A stretch of DNA of 64,000 nucleotides from Octopus bimaculoides. Lineage: Eukaryota. Below, one piece after another: positions 37,332 to 48,997 of this stretch. Under the pieces are notes generated by a model that was not told where the DNA came from, made no database searches, and saw only the letters and a program-made list of their open reading frames with translations. The number at the start of each line of letters is the position of its first letter. The first letter of the stretch is position 1. The stretch covers positions 22,421,066-22,485,065 of the forward strand of contig NC_068985.1 in NCBI RefSeq assembly GCF_001194135.2, given 5' to 3'. Made by a program: the position numbers and the translations under genes.

Positions 37332-38630
37332 TGTAGCGTACAGTCGAGTGAAATTCCTCTCCCCTTTATTATATATACATACATTCGAACGTAGCAGATA
37401 ACAGTTAACCTTTGGCCGCTATTTGGACCCCGTTGTGCCCACTACTCTGATTGGATGGTACTGGCGCAATTTGTCTCTTACTCTGTCGCGACAATCTGCA
37501 GCGTATAACCAATCGGAGCTCTAAATGAAATCACGTAAGACAGCCTGTTCTCAACGCCGTTCGAACCTACTGTTCCTTATAAAAACTCACTTTCTCCTCG
37601 TCTCGGTGTTTTTGGTCCCAGACCTTTTAAGGTCTAGCCACTGACTACACAAGACACAGCTAGTTCCAGTGACAACGCCAGACGACAACACCCATCCAAC
37701 AGCAACACACCCCGGTTTCAAAACAGCAATTTCGTGAATTACTTCACCATGGATCAACAACAAAGATGCAACCTGCAAGCTAGACGACAACACCCGTCCA
37801 ACAGCATTACGGACCTCCATCTTCGCCGCCACCATCATCTTCACAACGTCGTCAACATCATCTCTCTACATACACAGTTCAAGCAACACTGCACAGGTTC
37901 CAACATAGCACTGTTTGTGTATTATTTCAACATGGTTAACAGCAAATATACAACCTGCGAGAACTCCTCTGTAAGTGACCCAGGCAGCAACATTACAGCC
38001 ACAACTTCGTACGACACGTACCACAACCGGCTCTGCATCATCGCCGCAACTTCTAGATACAGTATTTCAATTACCGTGTACAATTGACTATAAACTGATA
38101 TTTCTCATTCTTGTGTCTATGAACATTCGTCTAACTTCTCATTATAGACTCTCTCACAGTCTTCTTCATTGTTATTCTTATATGTACTTAACGCACACGC
38201 ATACATCCATGCCTATACACACATACACTTTGTTCTCATGACGGCCTGTCCATTATTCTGTATACATGACGCACACACAGACACACATGTTGACATATCA
38301 ATAAATCATCTCTTAAACACCTGTAGTAACGCCGTGCGCATGCGTAGTCTCACGCATGCGTGGAATTCAACATCCAAGCGTTTCCCGCTTTATTCTGACT
38401 TTTTATCGACTGGCCAGCGATTGAGCAAGGACGTGTCTAGCTGTCTCTCTCCATCTTTCGAACTCACGCCAGACAGCTCACATCAACATACCAACGTCCC
38501 AACAACCATGTTCTCACACACAGAAGGCGTCTCAACAACCAAGAGTAAAGCTGTATATTTTCCACCATAAATAAATATTGTTGAGTTGATAGTTTGGAGT
38601 TCTGCGTTCCGTTCATTCTAATTTAATATA
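37332..38630 (+). mobile_element. LTR-like element (solo LTR candidate); partial inverted relative at about 44640-45140
   Basis: Begins TGTAGCG; ATTGG at 37450, CCAAT at 37509, TATAAAAA at 37578, AATAAA near 38570; CpG-rich. No clean CA end or TSD found. Confidence 0.35.
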
Positions 38631-38725
38631 GGAAATTGGGTGTACACCTAATGATGTATAACCCACTTTCCTATACACCTATTCGGTTGTGTCTCTCTCT
38701 CTTTCCTCTCTGGTACGTACATGTA

Positions 38726-40740
38726 TTATTCCAGCCTTCTTAATGGAGTCGTTATTAGATGCCCTTCCACAAAAAGCGAAAAAACAATCGTTCCAACTTG
38801 TTTAGCCACGAATCTGGGCAAGACACGGCGGTTAGGCAGTAGGTGATTACAGATGCGATAAACACATTTGCAATCTCCGCTCTTCCTTTCAGGAATAGCC
38901 TCCGCCCCGACCAGGCCTGGGTTAGGAGATCCACCCTGCTTGTAACCTCGCTTCAGTTCTTCTCTATCTGGAGGTCTGGACCAAACCAAACCAAATCCCT
39001 TGCATTTTAACCGGACCGTCCGTCCAACATCCGACGACGCTGTTGGACGGCGTCGACTTGCCTTACCCGGTTAATTTTTACTCCTTCCACCGCTTCGTAA
39101 TCCTTAATGGCCTCACCTTCCCACTGTAGGTGCTGGATCTCGGCTACGATGATAGTGATGTCATCTGCATACGCCGTTATTGATCTTCCACATTCTAGAT
39201 CTCGCGGGACGCCTCTTTCACTCTCCAATTTCAGCACTAGAGGCTCGAGGGCCAATACATACAGCAAAGGAGAGAGAAGACATTCTTGACGGACCGAGCG
39301 CTCGAATCAGAACGATTTCGAGAAGAAACCGTTCATCCGAACGATCGATTTGATGTCGCTATAAAGAGCAATGATCCATCCATGGAAGGTAGGGGAAAAT
39401 CCGGCCGCCTCTAGGACTGCCGCCAGATACCGATGGTCAACCCTATCAAATGCATTAGATTGGTCTAAATGGACCAATGTCCCATTCTTGCCTGGAATTC
39501 TGTTCACCTTCTCTAAGGTATAGCGTATAAGGTGGAGATTGTCGTGTATAGATCTGTCGGGAATGGCACAAGTTTGCACCTCCTAAACAAGTCCACCCAC
39601 AACCCGTGCCAACCTTTTTGCAAGTACCTTGGCTAAAATCTTCAACAAGCAGAGTGATGGGCCTGAAATTATCGACTACATACACCTTGTTTGAGTTCTT
39701 TCTTAGCAGCACCATAACTCCTTGGCTCACAGATCTAGGTATGTACCCATTCTGCTGCCAGTTGGTGTAGACGCATGCTAGTAGGTACCCAAACAAGTCT
39801 GGCGTATTATAATATAGTTCGTAGGGGAGACCATCCAATCCCGGCGACTTGTCCTCGCCGCAATCCGACAAAGCTTCCTGCTCTTACGTAGCTGTGATCG
39901 GCCCATCACAGCATTCCGCTTCCCGTCCCAAGAGACGCGGCATACTGGTGAGGAAGTCCTTCCTGCGTTCCAGCCCACCGCCCCTCCCAAACAGCTGGGC
40001 GAAATACTCGTGAAAAACCTTTCACATCTCATCGGGTTCGTTTACCGAATGCTCATGTTGATCCGTCAAAGACCTTACTGTGGCCTCATTACCAAGATGG
40101 GCCTCTACCACCCCGGCCCATCCAGCGGCGTTGATTCCTCTCTTGTCCCATTGTACGTAGCTTTGCTCTGACAATGCATCCCTCGTGTTTAGTTTCGAGG
40201 TGTTGGTTGAGTGCCAATCTCGCTGCTAAAACTTGGGACACAGAACCAGTCCTCGATGCCTCATCTAGAGCCTTAACTAAAGCTCTTTCTATTCTGTTTT
40301 TTTTGTTGACTAACTCTTTACTAAATTTAATTGACCCAAACTTAATGGCTCTTTTGAGGCATACCACCATTTGTTGTTGATAATGAATCCGGTAAATGCC
40401 CTCATTACTAACTGCCTAATCCGGCTCCTGTACTCCTCACAGGCCAAAAGTGACCTGTTTAGTTTCCAGTAGCCGGGTCCCTGTCTACACAAACTATCTA
40501 AGTCGAACTTACAGGTCACCAATTTGTGATCACTGTAGCTGACGATGTAAAATTGTGGACACCTGACTAAGTTTTTGTCTTTAATCCCAACAATTATCCT
40601 ATCTAAGCAAGATCTAGAAGACCCGTCGCTATCTGACCATGTCCACAATGGAGCGCCCAGGTAATTTAGTCTGTACCGATCTGCTACATGAAAAACGACT
40701 GAGCAGATCGCTGAGGCAAAGGTTTCCTCTCCTATCGTTT
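38726..40740 (-). mobile_element. Decayed L1/Tx1-clade LINE ORF2 (endonuclease end and reverse transcriptase)
   Basis: Successive minus-strand motifs SRSCLDRII, SDHKLV, GPGYWKLN, SPGLDGLPYE, FRPITLL, SIHDNL, LDQSNAFDRVDH, LYVLALEPL, AYADDITI; frameshifted. Confidence 0.88.
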
Positions 40741-42249
40741 AGTATAACCCCGTGGCGACCAAAGCCTTGTGAGTGGATTTGGTAGACGGAATGTGTGTGT
40801 GTAAGTGTTTGTGTGTGTGTGCATGTGCATGTGTCTATGTGTGTGTGCGTGTGCATGTGTGTGTATGTGTGCACGGGCGTGTGTGTGTATGTGTGTGCGT
40901 ATGCATGTGTGTGTGTATGTGTGCACGGGCGCGCGCGCGCGCGTATTTCTGTCTGTGTTTGTCCATCACAATTGCTAAACAACCGGTGTTGCTTGTTTAC
41001 GTCCCCGTAACTAAGCGCTTCTGCAAAAGGAAACCGTTAGAATAAATGCCAGGCTGAAAAAAAAAAAGCACTGGGGTCAGCGCTGGATTAACCATAAAGC
41101 AAAATAAGCACATGCGACATCAAGGGATGAGGGTACCATCGAAATGAAAATGGTTTACGGCACAAACGAAATCACTTTAAACTTGCTAAAATATTGTTCG
41201 TAATGCCTTGTCTCTTCTAAGTATAGAAGCAAAAGTGTTACGTAAAATTAATTTTAATAACATCATCGAAGACTTTGCAGATAAAAAAAAACGCGGAGCA
41301 AACTTCAAATATAAATAAAGTGGAAGCATACAAAAATAAACCTTACTTTCCATCTTATTGTTAATTTTGTTTCATTTTGAAAAATAAAAATTCATTTTAT
41401 AGTTTATCGTTGTTTACTATTTTGAGTCATTCTTATTTACATTTTGAAACATTTACAGTAAAAGAGGGTACTCTTTTACTCTTTTACTTGTTTCAGTCAT
41501 TTGACTGCGGCCATGCTGGAGCACCGCCTTTAGTCGAGAAAATCGACCCCAGGACTTATTCTCTGTAAGCCTAGTACTTATTCTATCGGTCTCTTTTTGC
41601 TGAACCGTTAAGTTACGGGAACGTAAACACACCAGCATCGGCTGTCAAGCGATAGTAGGGGGACAAACACACACACACATATACATACGACGGGCTTCTT
41701 TCAGTTTCCGTCTACCAAATCCACTCACAAGGCTTTGGTCGACCCGAGGCTATAATAGAAGACACTTGCCCAAGGTGCCACGCAGAGGGACTGAACCCGG
41801 AACCATGTGGTTGGAAAGCAAGCTACTNNNNNNNNNNNNNNNNNNNNNNNNNNNNNNNNNNNNNNNNNNNNNNNNNNNNNNNNNNNNNNNNNNNNNNNNN
41901 NNNNNNNNNNNNNNNNNNNNNNNNNNNNNNNNNNNNNNNNNNNNNNNNNNNNNNNNNNNNNNNNNNNNNNNNNNNNNNNNNNNNNNNNNNNNNNNNNNNN
42001 NNNNNNNNNNNNNNNNNNNNNNNNNNNNNNNNNNNNNNNNNNNNNNNNNNNNNNNNNNNNNNNNNNNNNNNNNNNNNNNNNNNNNNNNNNNNNNNNNNNN
42101 NNNNNNNNNNNNNNNNNNNNNNNNNNNNNNNNNNNNNNNATTAAGTTTGGAATATTATATATATTTTTTCATGCTCCACACATCTTTTATTAGAACATTT
42201 AAATACAAAAAAAAAACAAACAAACAAGAAATATGAAAGATAAGAAAGG

Positions 42250-43635
42250 AAAAGAAAAAGGTGGGGAGGGAGGAAAAAGAAAAAGGTATGTGGGTATGTG
42301 GGCAGAGGAGGGAGTAAAGCAGCGGAAGATGGAGAGGGAAGGGTCGATGGGTCACATATCCCAGACCAAGTGGGGTGTTCAGCCGCGCGGCGAGGTGATG
42401 ACCGCGATAGCATTACTGCGGAGAAAGGCCAGCGACACTCGCTGTTGCAGTCACTCCATCTCACGAGGTTCATTTCTCCGTTGGGCCCCCGTTATCCCTA
42501 ATTTTGCGGAGGAAATCGGTAGTCTCGACGGCGAGAGGTAGAAACTGATAGCGGCCGGCCAGATTCTTGTGTTTCTTGATTTTTCTCTCCGCGTTACTAG
42601 CAGCGACACCAGGATTTGCAATAGATACTGCAAGGTTGGAGCCGAAGAACGTGTCGCTGCCCGTCGCGTCCCAGATTAGATCTGCCTCCTTCGAATGGGA
42701 AGACGGTTATTCCGCCGGGGAGCTTACCGACGCCAAGGTTGAGACCTGCTAACTCAAGATATCTAAGATATCAGAGCGGTAGTAGACGAATTCGGCCTGC
42801 ATCCTTATCCTGCGCCAGCTGCGTCAGACCCCTTCTGATTATATCATTCAGAGCAGTGTGTCGGGGAAACCGGCCCACGCTGAGGCGCAGGATAAGGATG
42901 CAGGCCGAATTCGTCTACTACCGCTCTGCAGTCATATTTGTGCGGCTCGCACACGCAGAGAGCGAGGCGCTGGGCCTCCCCAATACAGGTACACTTATCA
43001 TCTAGAATATTATCGGAAGATGAGGAGAGCATCTAATTAATCCATGCACTGTAATTTGGCTGCAAGGCGGAACGGAGGCAGGAAAGGCAGTGCTAGTCTA
43101 GTGATGTCTCTAGCTACTTGAAGGTTGACCTGCATCTCATGTCATCCCAGTTGTGTTTAGACATCCATATTTTTAGGTACGGCGAGCCCATCAGTGGTCC
43201 AGTCGGTGAGGGTTGACTTCCATATCTGGGCTACATTAGGTTCGGCTAACCTGCAGAGTTTTTTTGTCAATAAGGGTGCCGAGGAAAGATAGGCCAGCAG
43301 AGCCTGGTACACTGTAGACCGGAGCCACCGAATCTCATAGGCAGTTTGGCCTGTTTTCAAACCTGACATTACAGATCAGTTCGGCACAGCCCTGGATGGT
43401 GTTATCGAAATCACTGAGAGGGTGACATGGCACACTGTGTAATGAGAAAAGGAGCTTAGGCCTCCATCACCCTCTAAAACAAACAAAAAGCCTTCTTTCA
43501 TCAATAGCAAACAAACGTCTGAAAAGTGACTGTCCTGTACGACTAGCACATTCCGCGCTACGTTATCGATACAACAGTTAAATAGCTCAAGCATTTCCTC
43601 CAAAGCGCTAACAATTCTGATAACCAATCGTCGAC
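42250..43635 (-). mobile_element. 3' part of a CRE-clade non-LTR retrotransposon (RT C-terminus, CCHC knuckle, restriction-like endonuclease, 3' UTR); decayed
   Basis: Across frameshifts: LDAL.SSSSDNILDD..IG.AQRL..CVCEPH...VDEFGLHP(LSC)..GRFPRHTALNDIIRRGL...GKLPGGITVFPF..IWDAT.SDTF...AERK..K...RYQFLPLAVET...QRVSLAFLRSNA. This follows the CRE-type RLE pattern (RH..LND; KRPDG; WD.T; E..K..KY; P.AVET; QR.S.A.QRGNA). Confidence 0.8.
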
Positions 43636-44310
43636 ATATATTTTGCTGCTATGTAATTTCTCTCACTATTTTATTGGTATCTTTATGAATATGAGGAGGA
43701 ACTTTTGCAAGTTTTTTTTGTTCCTAATAATTTTCAGCGTCCTGATTTCGGTACATAAGATTTAAAACATAGAATGGAGTTTTGAATAGCTTTTGGTATG
43801 AATTTCAAAGAAAGGACTTTCACACGCAATAATATCTGAAAACAATTTGTAAAGATATGAGCCACAAATATAATTTAAGATAGGCTGAGTAAATGTCGGC
43901 TTTGTGACTTAAATATAATTTTATAATTGCTGATGATAATGATTAATAAGATAGGTGTGATTACAAGCAGCTACAGAAAGATTAACATTGGTGATGTAAG
44001 GGAAATAATTAACGCTGAAAATTAGAAGTAGTTTCCCTTTAAGCACCTATGTTCTAGCCAAGCAACTGAGGAAACTGCATGAAATAACAACCAAATGTCC
44101 TTCAAACCATACGTTACTTTACTGTCTTTGGAATAAAATATATTGAATAATATAGTTCTGGATACACTCTGTGCAGGAAAAAGGCGACACAGTCAAGCTT
44201 GAATACTTTTGATCATAACTCTACTCAAGGATGGATCCTATTGAGATTTATATTTTATAGGCTATAGATATGTGTGTATGTATATTTATTCTCTTGTTTT
44301 TATAGGTAGT

Positions 44311-45418
44311 TGGAAAAACTTCCTTTTGTATATACCTCACCCCATAAATAAAAAGAAATATTACACATGGTGGAAAAGTGATTTCCTACCATGTCTTATA
44401 ATAATAATGATGAGAAAGTCATAAAGATTAAGAATTTCTATTATAAATGGATAAGTGTCCATGCTGCATCAAGGTCACTATTATAGATGGATAGGTTGTT
44501 TTCCATCTAACGTGACTCTACTCAGAAGGCTGTAATATCATTTGACAGGAAAACTGGTATAAAGAATACATAAACCAAAGCTGTGACTTTATATATCTTT
44601 AATGTGGCCACACATACATACACAAACTGAATGCTAAATGGAAGTGGTTGATGGACATTTATTCATATATCTACATGCATCTGCATGGGTTGTATATCTG
44701 CTGTTAACCCTGGTGAGAAGCTCACAGACAGTGATATGTGGAAACCAGTGCAGTGTTGTTGGTGCTGTGTAAAGATGTTAACGATGTTGGTGAGAGACAT
44801 GATGGTGGCAACGAAGATGGAGGTCGCTGTAATGTGGTCAGTGGTTAGACCTTGGATGGTCTGGAACTAAGAGACCTCGAGACTAGGAGAAGGTGAGATT
44901 TTATAGCTAATGGTAGGCTCAAATATAGTTTACAACAGACTGTCTCATATGATTTATTTGAAGGCTGTGATTGGTTGGGTTGCATATTGGCACGTGATAG
45001 AGTAAGAGACAAATTGTGCCAACACCAACCAATCAGAGTGGTAGACACAACGGGGTCCAAAACAGCGCCCAAAGTTTAGCTGTTACCTGCTACATTCATA
45101 TGTATGTATATATGATAGAGAGAGGAAGTTCACTAGAGTTTGCTACACTATTAAAAAAGCTTCATTTCTGTATTATGTATATTCATATCCCAATTTGCCC
45201 AATGTTAGGGCCTAAATTGCCTAACTCTATGAAATTTGCCTAACCTTGGGACATGAATATACATAATACAGAAATGAAGTTTTTTTTTAATAGAAATAGT
45301 TAATTTTTATGACTTCCTTCTCATTATTATAAGACATGGTTGGAAATCAGTTTTCCACCATGTGTAATATTAAAAAAAAAAAATTTTATGGGGGTGGGTA
45401 CAAAAGGAAGTCTTTCCA
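44311..45418. mobile_element. Foldback-type element with degenerate inverted arms of about 135 bp
   Basis: 44311-44445 (aacttccttttgta...atattacacatggtggaaaagtgatttcctaccatgtcttataataat) is the reverse complement of about 45285-45418. Confidence 0.6.
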
Positions 45419-46211
45419 GGTAGTTTATCGGATGATTAATATTTGTTGGTTTAAAGGTGGCAATCTGGGCAAAACGCTTAGTGGCATTTTGTTTCTCTTT
45501 ACATTCTGAGTTCAAAATCTGCTATGCTTGACTTTGTCTTTCATCCTGGTTGATAAAATAAGTACCAGTTGAGTACTGGGGTCGAATTAATTGACTTACC
45601 CTTCCATCGAAATTGCTAACTCTATATCAAAGTTTGAAATCAATATTTGTTGGCATGATTAAGGAACAAAGATTAAGATTGTAGCTGAATAATAAACCAA
45701 CCTCCTTGAAGTCGTAGGTCTACTCAGTTAGAGATGACATGGATCTATACAATGCCTGTTTTTTGATTCTCCTTAAAAGAAGTTGACAGTAAACTTTCAC
45801 AAGAGATTCAGTTGACACCTGAATCTGAAATAGAAGCTATTTAATATAAGCCCACAGTTTGGTGGTCCAAGACACTGTATAGAACAAGACTATGCTTAGC
45901 TAATGAAGTCGAACAAGCTCAAAACATGTCTAGCATTGTCCCAGTACTACCAGAGATCAGACTTACTCTCTTCTGATTTCTGTTTTAAAATAATTTAAAA
46001 CCTGGGTATGTCTCTCTTGCAGTGTTAGTCATTAGAGATAATGAACTTTTCTCTCTGATTAAGAAGCTTGCTTTGCAATCATATGATTTCAGGTTCAGTC
46101 ACACTGTGCGACCCCCAGGTAAGTTTCTTCTACTAAAGCTCTGGGCTGACCAGTGCTTTGTGAGTGAACTTGGTAGATAGAAACTGTGTGGAAGCTCATT
46201 GTATATATATA

Positions 46212-46704
46212 TCTATAATAATAAAAGTGAAATTCTGTCCGTCTGTGAACCCTGTGTCTTGGTCTACATTTGCTCTATATAGATATATTATACCATTTTG
46301 GTATCAGGATGATCCTGGGATTGAAAATCTGCCTGTCATTTGGTTCTTGAACATCCAGCATTGGGATCTGATTTAAAAGCATTTGGGGTTGCTATTTCTA
46401 GCAGGTAAAGCTTGGCTGATTCATGTCATCTTGGTTGGCATTTGTCAGATGATGTCAGAGATCAAGGGGGAGATAAATGACGTTCACTTTGTTAACTGAG
46501 ATAAGAACTTTGGGACAAATTGGCCGACAATGAATAAAATGATTGCATTACAGAATTAATTCTCATCTGTCCTTAACCCCTGATCAAACATCACTGGAGC
46601 ATATAGCCATGCTATTTAGTTCTCTTTAGTTTTGAGTCACAGGCCCAATTAGCCCTCCACAGGAACCAGGTTAAAAGTCCACATAGAATGTGGCTTTTAA
46701 GCTA

Positions 46705-46705
<1 letters not shown>
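46212..46705 (+). mobile_element. Non-autonomous Helitron nested in the (AT)n tract of a SINE
   Basis: A|TC 5' end (tctataataataaaagtg...ctgtccgtctgt), subterminal hairpin ccacat-aga-atgtgg at 46679-46693, and CTAG|T 3' end. Confidence 0.75.
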
Positions 46706-46744
<39 letters not shown>

Positions 46745-47434
46745 ATGTCTTAGTGTTTGTTCTCTACCATTACTTGACAACTGGGGTTGATTTGTCTGTG
46801 TTACTGTAACTTAGTGGTTCAGCAAATGTGGTGGAATAAGTACCAGATATATAAAAAAAAAAACTTCCTTTTACTTGTCTAAACACTTCATGGTGGGGCC
46901 CTAACATGGCTACAGTCCAATAATGAAACAAGTAAAAAATAAAATAATATCAATTAATCACTTTTAATTAGAATTGTTTATTTACTACATTCAGTGTGTT
47001 AGCATTGCCTTAATTGATTGAAAGAATGATTGGGTAAAAATACTCAGAAATGCAACAGACATCTCAGTCATTCTTTTAAGTTATGTTACCAAGTGTTCAA
47101 AACCTATATTCTTTATAGTCATTCTAAGCTCTCTTGTTAGACAATGTTTTGCTGATGAAGTCTAATGATGGTACTTATTTTATATTTTTTAAATTACATC
47201 CCCTGGTGTTTCTGATTCATCATTTACTGTTCACTTTTCCATGCTTGCATAGGTGAAATGGAATTCAGTGAGGCTGATTTTCTACAATGGGATACCTTTC
47301 CTGTCACCAACCCTCATCTGTTTCCAAGCAAACAAATATTTTCCTATGACCAAACATGTTTCTGATGAAAGACTGGGATTGAACAATATTGCTTATAACC
47401 ATCTCATAATATCAAGACAAGGGTAGACACAAAC

Positions 47435-47530
47435 ATATACATGCATGCATGTATGTATGTATGTATGTATGTATGTATGTATGTATGTATGCATGCATGC
47501 ATGCATGCATGCATGTATGCATGTGAGTGA
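47435..47530. repeat. Compound (TATG)n/(ATGC)n microsatellite; other CA/TA tracts at 10735-10780, 40790-40945, 48950-49120
   Basis: Directly visible simple repeats. Confidence 0.95.
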
Positions 47531-48948
47531 GTATGCTTGTGTCTTCTTGACTTGACACTGCTTGATTGTTGTATGTCATTCATTTCCAATATTCTGCAAA
47601 ATCATGTTTGACCATGAGGGAATATCACCTCACTTGGAAGCAGGTGAGGGTTGGCAATATGATGGGTATCTAGCCATAGAAAATCAAATCTGCTTCAATA
47701 AACTCTATCCAACCCATGCAAGGATGGTAAAGTGGACATTAAAACAACAGTGGTAATGAGGACAGGCTTCTTTCAGTTTCTCGCAACTAGAGTCACTTAT
47801 GAAGTTTTGGTTGACCTGGGGCTTAAGTAGAAGACACTTTCCTAAAGTGTCATGCAGATGGACTGAATTCATGATCACACTGTTGGGAAGTGGAATTCTT
47901 AACTACATAGCTAAGTCTATTAGATTATTTTCTTTGTTTCACCATCTCTTCATACTAATACACCTAATTTTTATTCAGCATCTAATTATAGTTCACTACC
48001 AAAGCAGCAATATCAACTATATAGACGTCTGCACATGGCTTAGTGATTAGAGCATTTGGCTCACAATTGTAAGGTCATGAGCTTGATACCTGGCAGCACA
48101 TTGTGTCCTTAAGCAAGATACTTTTTCATGTTGCCCCAGTTCACCTAGCTGGCAAAAATGAGTAGTACCTGGAGTGCTAGTTGTGTTTAGTTTTCAGTTA
48201 GGTTCTGAAGCATCTGTACTATTTCCTAACCTTTTCTTTCCTTTATGACAATCATTTAGTTCATTCCTGATAAGTAATAAGATTGTTTTTGGTCTAATTC
48301 TTTTATTGTGTATTAACTCTTTAGCATTCAGATTATTTTGCCAAATATGATGCTTATTTATTCACATCGTTTTGAATTAATCAAGAATTATCTCATAGCT
48401 TTGAAATTTTTTATTGATGTGATTGTATATTTTTAGTATGACATTGTAGATCAGATGTGAGAGGTTAAATCTGCCCAGTTTGAGCATAAAACTTGTAGAA
48501 TAATTGGGCTGAATTAAATGTTAAAGTGTTTTAATAATGTATTTAAGTTTTATTGAGATTCCCTCTCAAGATGGTGTCAGCACATCTGACATTTGGAATA
48601 AGATCAATATGGTCTCAGCTTGCGAAGACTTGTTGGGAAAGTGAAATCGTGATGGCACCTGTGTCCAGAGTCGCCTTTCTGGCACTTGTGCCCGCGGCAT
48701 GTGTAAGGACTTTCGAGCGAGATTGTTGCCAGTGCCCCTGGACTGGCTCTTGTGCGGGTGGCACATAAAATACACCATTCTGAGCGTGGCCGTTGCCAGT
48801 ACTGCNNNNNNNNNNTTAGGAAGGGCATCCAGCTGTAGAAACTCTGCCAAATCAGATTGGAGCCTGGTGTAGCCATCTGGTTTCACCCGTCCTCAGTCAA
48901 ATTGTCCAACCCATGCTAGCATGGAAAGCGGACGTTAAACGACGATGA

Positions 48949-48997
<49 letters not shown>

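Larger units (their letters stand above)
46090..48603 (+). repeat. Locally duplicated block; 46090-46430 and 48150-48603 recur joined at about 53130-54108
   Basis: Collinear near-identical sequence across SINE, Helitron and unique-looking parts. Confidence 0.88.

Noticed and set aside
40629-41045. Cys/His/Thr-rich ORFs (also 48897-49161)
   Set aside because: Translations of (CA)n and (TA)n microsatellites.
42844-43627. Reading the GC-rich tract as the gag-like ORF1 of the neighbouring Tx1 element
   Set aside because: Downstream translation gives RH..LND, KRPDG-like, WDAT, PLAVET and QR.S.A..R.NA motifs of a CRE-type endonuclease, so it is a separate element.
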